The notes under the pieces were generated by a model, which did not search any database, had not been told where the DNA came from, and was given only the letters and a program-made list of their open reading frames with translations. DNA of 63,455 bases, counting the filler, from Stramenopiles sp. TOSAG23-3 (taxonomy: Eukaryota): the NCBI GenBank assembly GCA_900128585.1. It is 5 parts of 5 records of this genome, joined end to end, with 100 filler letters (N's around TTAATTAATTAA, not from the genome) between each part and the next. Parts side by side here need not be neighbours in the genome. Positions count along the whole stretch, not along the records: positions 1 to 19,719 come from LT642392.1; positions 19,820 to 39,520 come from LT642393.1; 3 more parts are not named here. The stretch is one strand, 5' to 3'. How positions within the stretch are numbered: the stretch's first letter is position 1; every line of letters starts with the position of its first letter. This document shows, one piece after another, positions 12,614 to 23,773 of this stretch. The translations under genes were made by a program, and so were the position numbers.

Positions 12614-13145
12614 CTGGGAAAAAGTAAAATCTTATAGTGTTAGACATTTAATTCAAACTAAGGGAAGAGGGGAAGAGGGGAGGAGGGGGTAAATGAGCTC
12701 AGGTATATCCCATGTGCCTGTACAATTGGCTGTTCATTGTCATTTCATCAAATCAAGGACGAACCTTTGTCTTCGCCGTGAACCATGAAAGGTTCGGGCT
12801 TTAAAATATCAAAAGACCAAAAATGACTTCGCTTGATGCCCACACTTTCTATCATTTTCATCTATGCCGATGCAAAGGAGAAAATAACAAAAAAGACCTA
12901 CTTTTCTCGGAACAGAGTCCAGTCAAAGCACTTTTATGCCTTCATTCAGCAACAAAATTGGTTATCGCATGACGAGAACCACTTCGATGCTGAATAAATT
13001 TCTAAAAACCAAGTTAGGGTTAGCAGCATTGAACTTTGCCTACACAAAGCAATACTTCGTCGGTGAAAGTGTGTGTACAAGGTAGAATTTATTCATCATG
13101 GCTCAGGGAAAGTTTGGAAAAGTATGAATTTGAAGGGGGACGTAC
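12614..13145 (-). other. Spliceosomal intron 1 of DNA-PKcs (532 nt, phase 0), host of a ncRNA
   Basis: GTACGT donor, branch-like GTCTAAC near 12645, acceptor TTTTTCCCAG ending at 12614. Splicing joins ...VVDT|ESEWMSEV... in frame. Confidence 0.85.
12694..13105 (-). ncRNA. Intronic 412-nt box C/D RNA; candidate telomerase RNA (template CUAACCCUAAC)
   Basis: TGAGC (13105-13101), C, C box ATGATGA (13099-13093) ... D box CTGA (12702-12699), GCTCA (12698-12694), forming a terminal stem. Template-like CTAACCCTAAC at 13023-13013 lies 1 nt after a long hairpin. Several nested 7-11 bp helices. Confidence 0.75.
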
Positions 13146-16100
13146 GGTGTCGACAACAGCAGCAATCGCCTCGTAAGATGTGTGCTGCAATTCTTTAAAT
13201 GCCTTGGCGCTACGGCACGCAAATTTATGCGGCGAAAACATTGCTTGTGTAATGAGATTAGACAACAAGCTTATAAAAATGTTTTGATCGTGCTCAGTGT
13301 TTGCTGGGGAGAGAAAAAGTCTCTTGGCACACATTCCTGGGACAGAATGGACCGCGAGAATCACTTCTTTCGTAAATTGAAGAATATCAATCAGCAAGCG
13401 GTCTGAGAAAACCGTCTTCTTCATTACGGCACGGTAAAAGTATCGGAAGACAGACGCCCGCGTCACAGCTGAACCTGCCATCTTGTCTTGACCACCTAAT
13501 AAATGAACGTCGTTTTCGGTGTGTCGCAGCCCTGCTGAATCGACCGGCTTTCTTTTCGGTCGTTGTCCGTCCTGTACAGGGTTCCCTGTCTTCTGAAAAG
13601 CAGCCGTCGGATCGCACATTTTTAGTTTTAGAGCCCAAGCAAAACTAAAAAGGCAGCCATGAAATGAATCAATCCACTTTTTAGTTTCGCGTATGCCGTA
13701 TAGTGTGCTTTGCATGAGTAGGTCATTCTCGAAGATTTTCACGACACTAATTCGCCTTTTTTTTATCGAACGATCGTGCCACTTTCTGCATCCTCCAAAT
13801 CGTGCAATTGCTATTGATTCAAACAGCGAAGCAGCAGTCTGCCGGTACGCGCTATGTTCTCGGTTACAGGTTGCCTCGAAGAGCTTGTCCATTAAATCAT
13901 CAATATTCTTAACAATCTTCCCCTTGTATTCTACTGCCGAGTTCCGGACCATAGCATCGTCGCATACAATACGCTGAAAGTGCAAAATGGATTTGTGTAA
14001 CTCCGCCCCCGCCTCGAAATTGACACTTGCGACACCATTGATCAACTTCCTGCCTGCGTACTTCAGGGCAAACATAACGTAGTATAGGGTGTCTAAAGTA
14101 TATTTTGACACCAAAGTCAATTCTTCTCGAAAATCCCTGTACATCAAGTTCAGAGTCATTGCTGCTCCCATCTGCTTGTCTGGATTCTGACTTTTTAGCA
14201 TATTAAACAGACGGCGCATCAACGAATCTATTTCAACAGGCGAAGAACGGGGAGGTCTGGCATGACCTTTCTTTCGTCGCGACCGCGGTGCTGAAACAGA
14301 AACGGACTGTTTGATCGCCCATTTCAAAAACTCTGCCAACGCCCTCGTTGACACATCTTTCAAAGCTGCGTTGGAGCCATTTGACGCCCCCTCAACAATG
14401 CAATCGAGCCAAACGACAGTCTCTGGCGCTGTTGATTTTATCCCCATCCTGTTACTGGCTTTCTTCTTACTAAACCAGTGCACCAACTGCTTGACCAGCG
14501 GCTCAAACATATTCCGTGTAATATCGTGAGTATCGGTTGATAATCGAAGTATGCACGGAAACAGCTCGCGGTAAATTTTGCACAAATGTTCCTGGTTTTG
14601 CATTGGCAGCATGTACAATATGATGGCATGAAGGGTTTCGCACGCCGGTAGCTTGGATTTTGAGTCACCAGCTCCGCTCTCTGACAATTCCATTATCTGC
14701 GGGAGCAAATCGTCCAGCGGCAAGTTGATGGTCGTGTCTCCATCTAAATGAAATGTTACTTGAACCTGGTGGGAACTGTTCCATCGAAGCCCCTCAGCCA
14801 AATGGGTTGCCGACGATCCAACGACGCCATGCCCCAGGCCACCAATGCGACCTAGGAATTGCAGTACACAACTGTGCAACGTCTGTGCCCCCCTGGAAGC
14901 TTCCGAATCGCCAGTGTCCTCTTCCATTCTGTTTGACAAATAATTGTTCAGTTTAGGCAGAATTTCAGGCAAGTAAACTTTTAGTTCGTCCAAAGGTAGA
15001 GCGTTCCGCCAGTGTTCGAGTGCCCGCATGGCAACCCACGCAATCGGTCGGTAGCTACGACCTGTTGTGAGCGCGCTTAATAACACCGGTGTCTGTATGT
15101 GCAAGTTCATTAGTTCGATGGGGGCATTCAAAATCATATTTGCAGATGCTACAAACAGCTCATCCTGATATTGGCGTGACCGTATTTGAACGACCTTTAC
15201 GTAATGGAACAATTGGTCAAACACCTGCTGCTTTCTGTGCGTGCCATTTCCGTTTTGCTTACAGCCTTTGAAAAAGCCAATACCATTGCATATGTCAAAA
15301 AATATTTTAAAGAGTTTGTAAAAGCCCGATATTTCTGGGTTCCTTTCGCTGACAGGAATTAGGTTTTCCAGTACAGTCAAAATCCAATTGCTGCTACACC
15401 GTGCCAGCAGTTTGGCATACTCGTCGTTGCCGGAATAAAATGAGACAAAAAACTTTACCAAGTTCAAAAACCTGCCGAAATCGTGCGGGTTTGCTGGAAA
15501 TTGGTTCGTCTGGCGTAGCATGTAATTGTTGATATCAGTGTTCTCGCCTTCGTCTTCCTGACTTTCTTCCGGGTTCACCTCCGCACTGTCAGTCTCTTCT
15601 TCACCATCATTAACAAAAAGTCGCAAGTTCAACCTGGAGATGATTTCTAGCATGCATTCCATCAAACGGTTGCAAATATTTTGCGGTGCATCTTGAGATT
15701 TTTGCGACCCGGAACTTTCCATATCATCCCGATCGCCATGAAGTTGCCCCGCCTCACTCACGACTAAAGAAAACAACTCGGAATAAATTACGGGCATTGC
15801 TTGTGGCCTCTCTGCTGTTTCTGCAAGTAGCTGGGGGTGGTCCATGGCGCGGTCAAGGCCATTCATCACGATGGCGTTCAACACGACCGCGTGCGCTTCT
15901 GTGTTATGCTCCAAACCTCTCAGTAGCTGAACCAGGTAACGAGAAAAACTCAGCTTTTGTTTCAATTTACGATTGCTCCACACACTGTGGTAGGTGCCCA
16001 TTATATTTTTGAGTACGGTATTTAGTGCATCGGACATGCCCACGTCTATTTCACGGGTGGGAAGAAGAGACATTATATTGCCGCACGCACACAAAAGGGA

Positions 16101-17534
16101 CAGTTGTCCCGCTCCCACTTTGTACAACAAAATGTGTGAGCCAGCGTTCTGGCCGGAACTACCCTTCCCGATGGTACTGTTCGCAATACTGCTGTAGCGA
16201 TCCAACAGAAAGGTAACGATATTCTTCAACTCTTGTGTTTTCCAATACTTGTGTATGGCGCCCGCAAAATCACCAATCATATGAGTGGCAAAGTCTCTAT
16301 ATCGCCTGTCGTTGTGGTTTAAAAATGCCTTTAAAGGCTCTATAACTTCGGAGAACAACTGTTTCTTCTGCTCTTCGTTTTCTGCCCCGTCGGTGGGAGA
16401 GGACTGGATAAATTGTCCCAGGACACGAACCACTGCCCTCAGTGCACCCGGAACTGCGTTGGCTACAGTTGGGCTGTCGCTCAAGAAACAGCTTAGTAAA
16501 CGCCTGAAAATACTAATCCCATCTTCCACTATACACTTCTGAAAATAATTCGAATGAGCAGCAATAAATTTCATCGCTGTGACTGGAACCCTGAACCGGT
16601 TCATATCCTCCGGCACCTCCATTGCCTGTACAAAGATACTGTTGTAGACCTCTTTCGTCTTTCTTGGGCGAAAACCTTCCACGCTCCCATCCGTGCACGC
16701 GTACAAGGCAAAATGCATCCCAGATATTGCACCAGCAATAACGTTGGCCTTTTGGTTGCTTGTTTTGGCATAAGCAGTCTTCAAACTATCTGCTAATGTG
16801 TTTAGGATACTACCAGACAACTCTTTCAGTTCTCGGGGGTAAACGTAAAGGAGCCGCCCTAACATTTCGAGAGCAACGCCCTTCACTTTCCCGTAAGCTT
16901 TGGCAGTCTTCCCCTGCAAATCACTGACGCATTCATAAAATGGACGGGTCGTCCGGCCATTGTTATTCATTCGCTCTGTGAGTCCCATAGAATGTGCATC
17001 AATCCACGGCCGTTCGGAACGCGAGGTCTCCCGGGGGGACGTCTCCAAAATCTCAAACAGGGGAAAGAAGGCCTGGTACTGCACGGGCTTTCTCTTTTCT
17101 CTGGAAAGCATTCCATAACAAATTTTCTGGAGGCGGGTCAGGTACAACTTCAAGGGCTTGACACCTTCCTCCTTGATAAGACTTGACAATTGCTGGAGCG
17201 CTTCCACGCATGACTCTGTTTCCGCCGCCACATCTTTTCCAGCATAGCACCGGATTGACATTTTTTCCAACGACAGCAAAATATTTGGAGGATCATTTGA
17301 TTGAAAAATAAGCGACGTAACAGTTGCCAATAGTGACTTGCTGCTCTTCACACGCCTTGATCTGCACAGAGAGAATATAGAATGCACCATAGTTTTTGGC
17401 GCAGTGCCGCTTTCGTTCATCCCATTTCTTGAAAACGTTGAAAAGAGGCGTAACCAACGCTTCAGGTCCGAAATATCAGCAGCAGAAGTCGCAAGGGTAG
17501 ACGTTGGGACGAAACGAGTCGAATCGCCCATCAT
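13146..17534 (-). CDS. PRKDC: DNA-dependent protein kinase catalytic subunit, exon 1 (1463 codons, HEAT repeats)
   Basis: DNA-PKcs-like motifs (ACETLHAIILYM, FEPLVKQLVHWFS, ALAEFLKWAIKQS, LNLMYRDFREE). Phase-0 donor ACC|GTACGT at 13146/13145. Confidence 0.85.
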
Positions 17535-18537
17535 TTTGTTGACGAACTATTCGTGGCTGTACTGCAACCTAGTAACTCTTCGGAAAGGGGTTGCACCAAC
17601 ACCGACAAATCCCGATTGTAATCCTATTTTCGATTTCTTGTTTGCCTTTTCTCGATTCGACAGTCCGATCCAAATCTAATACTTTTGCCTTCAATTCTTA
17701 TTAAAAGGAAATTCATTCAACAAGAAAAAAAAGAAGATTTTTCTTCCCCATTTCTTTCTTTCTTTTTTTGTTTTTTGTTTTGGTGTGTTGTTGTTGTTGT
17801 TTTGTTGTTGATATATAAAATAATAATAATAATATGACTGACGATGAAGAAGATTAGATAATTAAGGTACATATGTTATATATCATATATCCATCACTTC
17901 ATGTTATTAGTTATATAGTTATATATAATATTGCATAGAAATCATCTCGATAATTAAGATGTATATTTATCCTCCTTAACTGATTAGAAACGAGCTTTGA
18001 TTTCTTTTCTTTTGTTGTTTTGAGTTTTGAGTGACAAAAAAAAAATAATAATTAATTTTATTTATTTTTTTACATTCTTCTAAATTTACACCTACACATC
18101 ATTGGGGGGGACCACCCGAAGCTGAAATCAAGAATCACAACAATCATCAAGAAAGAAGAAATTATTATGAAGCAAGGAAGAAATGATGAAAACCCGCGAA
18201 AGTGCAATGAGCATTTACTATACGTATAAAATATACTACATAATACCCTATCAAAATATTTCGTTAATAATTTTTTTGTTTTGTTTTTTTTGTTGTTTTT
18301 TCACCAATTGTTGAGATTTCTTCTTCTGCGCTGAGATGAAAAACAGAATAAAGAAACAAATCAAATCTTACTACCTGGTCACTGGGATCATCTTTGATGA
18401 TTGCGCAGTGTGTAAGTACGTACATATTCTGGTAGTGAACGGTTTAAGGATACGCTTCTAAAAAATTCAACACATTAACATGAAGGTGGATTGAGCACAC
18501 GAGTACAAATTACGATTCCCACAGGACTTCTCCGCAA

Positions 18538-18981
18538 TTACCGTTGGTACGCATTCACGAATTCCGGAACTCCCAATTGCGGGTTCATACGCATCCTTTT
18601 CACCAACCTCAACTGTTTCTTGCTCATCTTCTTTATCTTCTTGTCGTTAGTAACTACCTGCCATTTGGAATTCTTCAACTCGGCCTCTGCTTTTCTCTTT
18701 CGCTTCGCAAGTGCCTTTTCGTTCCGTGACTGAATCAGCTCTTTCCGGCGCTCAATAACTTCCCTCTCGTACTCCTTCATTTGTTTATACTTCGCCTTTG
18801 CTAACATTTTTTGTTCCCACAAGGATTTTCTTGACTTATCGTCTTTTCGCTTGGATGTACGCTTTTGTTTTTTTTTCCACACACGGCCACTAATTGGCCG
18901 GCCATCCGTAACCACTCTTTCTTCCGATGCCGTTGCGTTATTACCACTGCGCGCCGCTACGACTTGCTCTATCGTCGCCAT
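18538..18981 (-). CDS. Cgr1/CCDC86-family nucleolar coiled-coil protein
   Basis: GRPISGRVWKK, basic coiled coil, QVVTNDKKIKKMSKKQLR. ATG at 18981. Confidence 0.85.
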   Translation of the reverse strand: MATIEQVVAARSGNNATASEERVVTDGRPISGRVWKKKQKRTSKRKDDKSRKSLWEQKMLAKAKYKQMKEYEREVIERRKELIQSRNEKALAKRKRKAEAELKNSKWQVVTNDKKIKKMSKKQLRLVKRMRMNPQLGVPEFVNAYQR

Positions 18982-19642
18982 TTTCTGTCCAAACTGCCTA
19001 ACCTTTTCTTTTAAACAACGCTTTTGTTCTATAGACAAAAATGAATACGAACACTTCTTTATGAATAACAATCCCTGCTTTCAACGCATAATGATGAAGA
19101 TTAACTTTCTGGGTATATTCATCATCAAGTACCGTTGTACAAACTAAAAAATGTCACAATACAATTTTTCCATTTCTTCTTTGTTGTTGCCTCCTCGTCC
19201 TCCTCCTTCTTCTTCTTCTTCTTCTTTTTTTTCTTCTTTCTTATTCTCTCTTCGCACTACTCCTGCTGCCTCCTGCTGCTCGCCGCCATAATAATAATAA
19301 TAATAATAAATAAAATTCTTTCTTTCTTTCTTTTTTTCTTCTTCTTTCTTCCTTCTTCGTTCCTTATTGTATTAATGTAGACTAAGAATTATTGTGTCTA
19401 TAAAATATATTGTTTGTTGCTGTCGCCTGCCTAAGCCTAACACAATTGTTCTTGTCCATGCATGCATGCTGTGGCTCTCTTCTGGGGGATTTCAGTTTTT
19501 AATAATAAAACTGAAACGCAACCACCATGACAGGATACTTGAATAGGGGGGGATTGAGAGCGGCACCCCAACGACCCAACGAGGAAAGAAGAAGAAAGAA
19601 GAAGAAGAAGAAGAGGAAGGAGAAAGAAAGAAGAAGTAATAA

Positions 19643-19719
<77 letters not shown>

Positions 19720-19819
19720 NNNNNNNNNNNNNNNNNNNNNNNNNNNNNNNNNNNNNNNNNNNNTTAATTAATTAANNNNNNNNNNNNNNNNNNNNNNNNN
19801 NNNNNNNNNNNNNNNNNNN
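19720..19819. other. Artificial contig linker (44 N, TTAATTAATTAA, 44 N)
   Basis: Identical all-frame-stop spacer occurs four times. Confidence 0.97.
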
Positions 19820-21385
19820 CATACGAGACTGTATTGCGCCTACCTGATCCTCGTGCGCAGTCTTTAAATTTACTACATGTATATCGTGGCTGGCTTTGAT
19901 TTGGTATAATTCTTCTGCAAATGATTTACCATGAGCATCGTTCAACTGTTTTACTTCCAAGTTGTTCTCATCTTTGATTTTAGCTATTTGTTTCTTAAGC
20001 AAGGCGATTTGCTCTTCCTGTGCGGTCTTTATTGTGACATCAGCATTGTGAAGTTTTTTCAGTTCATCGATTTGGTTTATATAATCGTTTTTTCCGGATC
20101 TTGCCCTGTTTATAAGATCTTCTATTTCACTGCGCAGGGCCCCCTCTCGCTTTTCTATTCTGACTTCCATTTCCATTTTGACGCTTTTGTTGATTTTCTC
20201 AAGATTTTCTAATTCAGATATACTGTCAGTCTGCATCTGCTGGATAGCAGATGCGTGTTGACGTTGAAGTTTTTCTGTTGCTTTGGTAGCAGCTTCAAGT
20301 TTTGCAGTGAGTTTCTCAGCAGAAGTGTGGTGTTGCGATTTTAGGAGAGTGATCTGGTGGGTATGTGCCGCTTCTACGTCTCGCAAGACAGTTGCTATGT
20401 CGTCCTTTTCCTTACTCAACCTTTCCTGTTGAAGCCTTCCGTCTTCTTTGCATTGAAGAATTTTTCCTGTTTGGGCTTCCTTATAAGCAAGGTAATCATG
20501 GTAGAGTGAGGCGTATTGCTGCGCCAATCCATTGAAGGTAGACTCTAGCTTCTTCCTTTGTTTGAAAAGGTCTCTTTTCGTTTCTTTTAACTCTTCCACG
20601 TTTGAAAATACCTCTGCCAAGTTGTCTTCCAGAGCTTTTTGTTCCGCTTTCATGGACGCACTCCTGCTGGTCCAGGTAGCTGGCGGTGATAGCCCAGAAG
20701 AGTCTTTCCTTTTCTTTCGTTCCTGGCTGATCTCCAAGCAATTTCTTTCCGTGCTCTGATCAGCATGCGATGGAAATGAATGGTGCGATGGCCTGCGCCC
20801 TTGCCTTCGGATTGTATTTATGTCAACGTACCGGTTGGGGTTTTTAATGGCCGAAAGAAAGTTGTTTCGTGCTACTAGCCCTTTCCCAGTGGGATCCAAG
20901 ATAGAAAATATCATTTTAATCTGCTCATACGATAGGCCAAAATCAAGTCGATCGATGCACGTCTGGAATCCTGCCAAGTCTAGGCAAGAATCTCCATGGT
21001 CCACAATCGCCTTGTATAAGTCATCTGGTGAATGTACTTTTCTTCCAAAAAGACTGCGTTGCGACCTAATTATTCGTTTAAACTGTTCCATGGCGAGAAG
21101 GAAAGAGTTTTTATCTTCGCTCGTTAGCGGCTGTTCACGTGCTGCTCTGGGACTTGGCTTTAAACGCGTACATTGAGGCGACGGTGTCGTCCTCCGAGCA
21201 TGGGGTCTATCCCTTGTTTGAGCACCTTCAAACAATGATGGATGCATACTGCATGCTCGCTTCATCGAAGAGATTTGGTCGGAGTGTTCAGGCTTCTGCG
21301 TAGGAGAGTGCTTTTCCATTTCTTTTAAGACCTGGGCGTAACTTAGCCCGCCATCTGGCGTACTGTCCTCGCCGTTCCCTTCCAT
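19820..21385 (-). CDS. EF-hand plus long coiled-coil protein, 3' truncated by the contig end
   Basis: EF-hand-like pair (DHGDSCLDLAGF; DPTGKGLVARNNF), then a heptad-rich region open to the gap. Confidence 0.7.
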
Positions 21386-22564
21386 GACTAGTCACGGTCC
21401 CACCAAACAAAGCCTGTGGACGAAGAGCAAAATTTCGATATATTCAAAGTCTATTGATCCGGTTTATGATCCGGCTTTAAATAGTATATTATTAATGTAT
21501 TTCGTACTCCACACTCTACTGCTAAACAAGATTTTAATATTATTTTTATACATCATTCTTACTGTATTATTTTTTCGTCGTATTATTATTATTATTATTA
21601 TTATTTTTTTAATAATAATACTGTAATAATTATTATAAATTATTATTATATGATTATTTTGCACCTCCGTATAATAATACCGTAGGGTATAATACCGAAA
21701 TGATGAACCGGCACAAAGAAGTAAATAATGGGATGGGTTCTTTTTTTCGCGGAGTTATTACAATGGCATTACTAATTTCCCTGTTTGTATACTGCACCAC
21801 TGGGCAGCAGGATGGTATTACGCTATTGTACGAAGTTGTTTAATTCCCTAGTCTAATTAAGGGAATCACCCTTGTGCCGTTCCTAGCCGTAAAAGCTAAG
21901 GAGAACACTGCGCCGGAAAACAAAAAGAACCAGCGTTTCTTTTTTTTTGCACTGCTGTGACCTTGTTGGCCGCGAAGGAGCCGGGTTTTTATAATCAGCC
22001 AACCCCTCTGTTAAAAAGTACCTTTTTAGACTACTGTCCCTTGCCTAGCAAAAAAGAACCTTGCAGCCTCCTTCTGGTTGTGTGTAATATTGAAGAGGCC
22101 GGAGGCCGGAACCAACCAAATCAATTCATCTCTTTTGGTGTTTCATTACAACATATTATACCTACTAGATATAGCATTTAGTACATAATGGTTTACTTTT
22201 AATATTCTATAGTATTATAATTAATACAACAAAGTGAATACATATATTATTTTAAAAGTATAGTACATTGTATAAAGACTATCATCATACAAAAAATAAT
22301 AATTGATTATTGATGATAATTAATAATAATATAATAAATAATAATAATAATATAAAAATTATTAATAATAATAATAATAAAATATAAAATACGGAACACT
22401 TTTTTTTTAGAGAGGACTAAATTATAGCAAAGTGTTTTGGTGTTTTGGTTAGTTTACCAAATAATTCCATTGCATATTGTAGTTTAGAAACAAAGGACAA
22501 CAAAACATATTTAGAACAACAGTTACAGTATTTTTATCCCTTCACCTTTCCATACATATTCACC

Positions 22565-23773
22565 ATGTCTGAATCCACCACCACAACCACCACCACCGCC
22601 ACCAGCTTGAAAGCTTTCGTTGGCATGTTGGAGAGCACGGTCACTGACGAGGCCCTCGACGAGATATTTGCAGAATACGGCAACCCAACATTTTCGAAGA
22701 AAGGTAGGGGTCGTGTTGCGACCTTTCCTTCTGAAGAACTTGCGGCAAAAGCAATTTCTGAACTAAACGGGAAAACATTCGACGGCGTGACCTTCGCCGA
22801 CAACGGCATGAGAGTGGAACCCCTCAAGCCGAAGAAAAAGAAATCAGGCACGGCAAAAGTGGAAGCACAGCCCTCCAACAAAGCTTTTGTAGGAAACTTG
22901 GACAGGGAGGCCACCACCGAGGCATTGGAACAAGCGTTTGCAGAGTACGGAAACCCGACTTTCAAAAAGAAGGGACGAGGGCACGTGGCAACCTTCGATT
23001 CTGCCGAAACTGCGGCAAAAGCTATATCCGAGATGAACGAGAAAGTTGTCGAAGGCCTATCCTATGGCGAGAAAGGGTTGAGGGTGGAACTGCCCAAGCC
23101 CAGGGCTCCGAGAGCAAAGAAAGAGAAGAGCGCCCCAGCTGCTGCCGAGGTTGACATCTCGAAACAAGCATTTATTGGCAACGTGGACCGGGAATCCACA
23201 GCGGAGGCTTTGGAACAGGCGTTTGAACAGTACGGGAACCCGACTTTCAGAAAGAGGGGTTTCTATGCTTTTGCGACGTTCGCGTCTGCCGAAACGGCGG
23301 CGAAAGCCATATCTGAGATGAACGGGAAATCGGTCGAAGGCTTGTCGCTCGGAGAGGAAGGGCTAACGGTGGAACCGGCCAAACCAAAGGTACCGAGAGC
23401 AAAGAAAGAGAAGAAGACCCCAGCTGCCGCCGACGTTGACACCTCCAACCAGGCGTTTGTTGGCAATTTGGACAGGGAGGCCACCACCGAGGCTTTGGAA
23501 GAGGCGTTTGCACAGTATGGGAACCCGGCTTTCAAAAAGAGGGGTCGGGGGCGCGTCGCGGTTTTCGATTCTGCCGATACTGCGGCGAAAGCCATATCTG
23601 AGATGAACGGGAAAATCTTCGAAGGCTTATCGTATGGAGAGAAAGGGTTGAGGGTTGAAGTTCTGGGCGAAGCTGCCCCAAGGAGGAGGAAAAGAAGAAA
23701 CCAGAAGCAGGGAGGCGAAGCCGTGGACGTGGCAGAACAAAAAAACGATGTTATTGATTTGTCCTCGGAGTAA
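22565..23773 (+). CDS. RNA-binding protein with four tandem RRM-like domains
   Basis: Four copies of AF(V/I)G(N/M)(L/V)...F..YGNP.F.K.G....A.F...E.AAKAISE(M/L)N. ATG at 22565. Confidence 0.85.
   Translation: MSESTTTTTTTATSLKAFVGMLESTVTDEALDEIFAEYGNPTFSKKGRGRVATFPSEELAAKAISELNGKTFDGVTFADNGMRVEPLKPKKKKSGTAKVEAQPSNKAFVGNLDREATTEALEQAFAEYGNPTFKKKGRGHVATFDSAETAAKAISEMNEKVVEGLSYGEKGLRVELPKPRAPRAKKEKSAPAAAEVDISKQAFIGNVDRESTAEALEQAFEQYGNPTFRKRGFYAFATFASAETAAKAISEMNGKSVEGLSLGEEGLTVEPAKPKVPRAKKEKKTPAAADVDTSNQAFVGNLDREATTEALEEAFAQYGNPAFKKRGRGRVAVFDSADTAAKAISEMNGKIFEGLSYGEKGLRVEVLGEAAPRRRKRRNQKQGGEAVDVAEQKNDVIDLSSE

Noticed and set aside
12724-12734. AATTGGCTGTT inside PRKDC intron 1 as another copy of the 3' element
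   Set aside because: Only 11 nt, antisense to the gene, and the flanks do not match.
12841-13023. CCTAAC...TTTTTAG at 13018-13002 as a branch point and acceptor for a small extra PRKDC exon
   Set aside because: All three frames after 13002 hit a stop within about 60 nt, while 13146 to 12613 splices in frame. It remains the main alternative reading of the CTAAC part of the template.
5167-17534. Three separate genes or a DNA-PKcs pseudogene
   Set aside because: Two canonical GT-AG introns restore one continuous frame with intact catalytic motifs.
18183-21706. Other ATGATGA C-box matches (18183, 21700)
   Set aside because: No suitably placed CTGA with a terminal stem.
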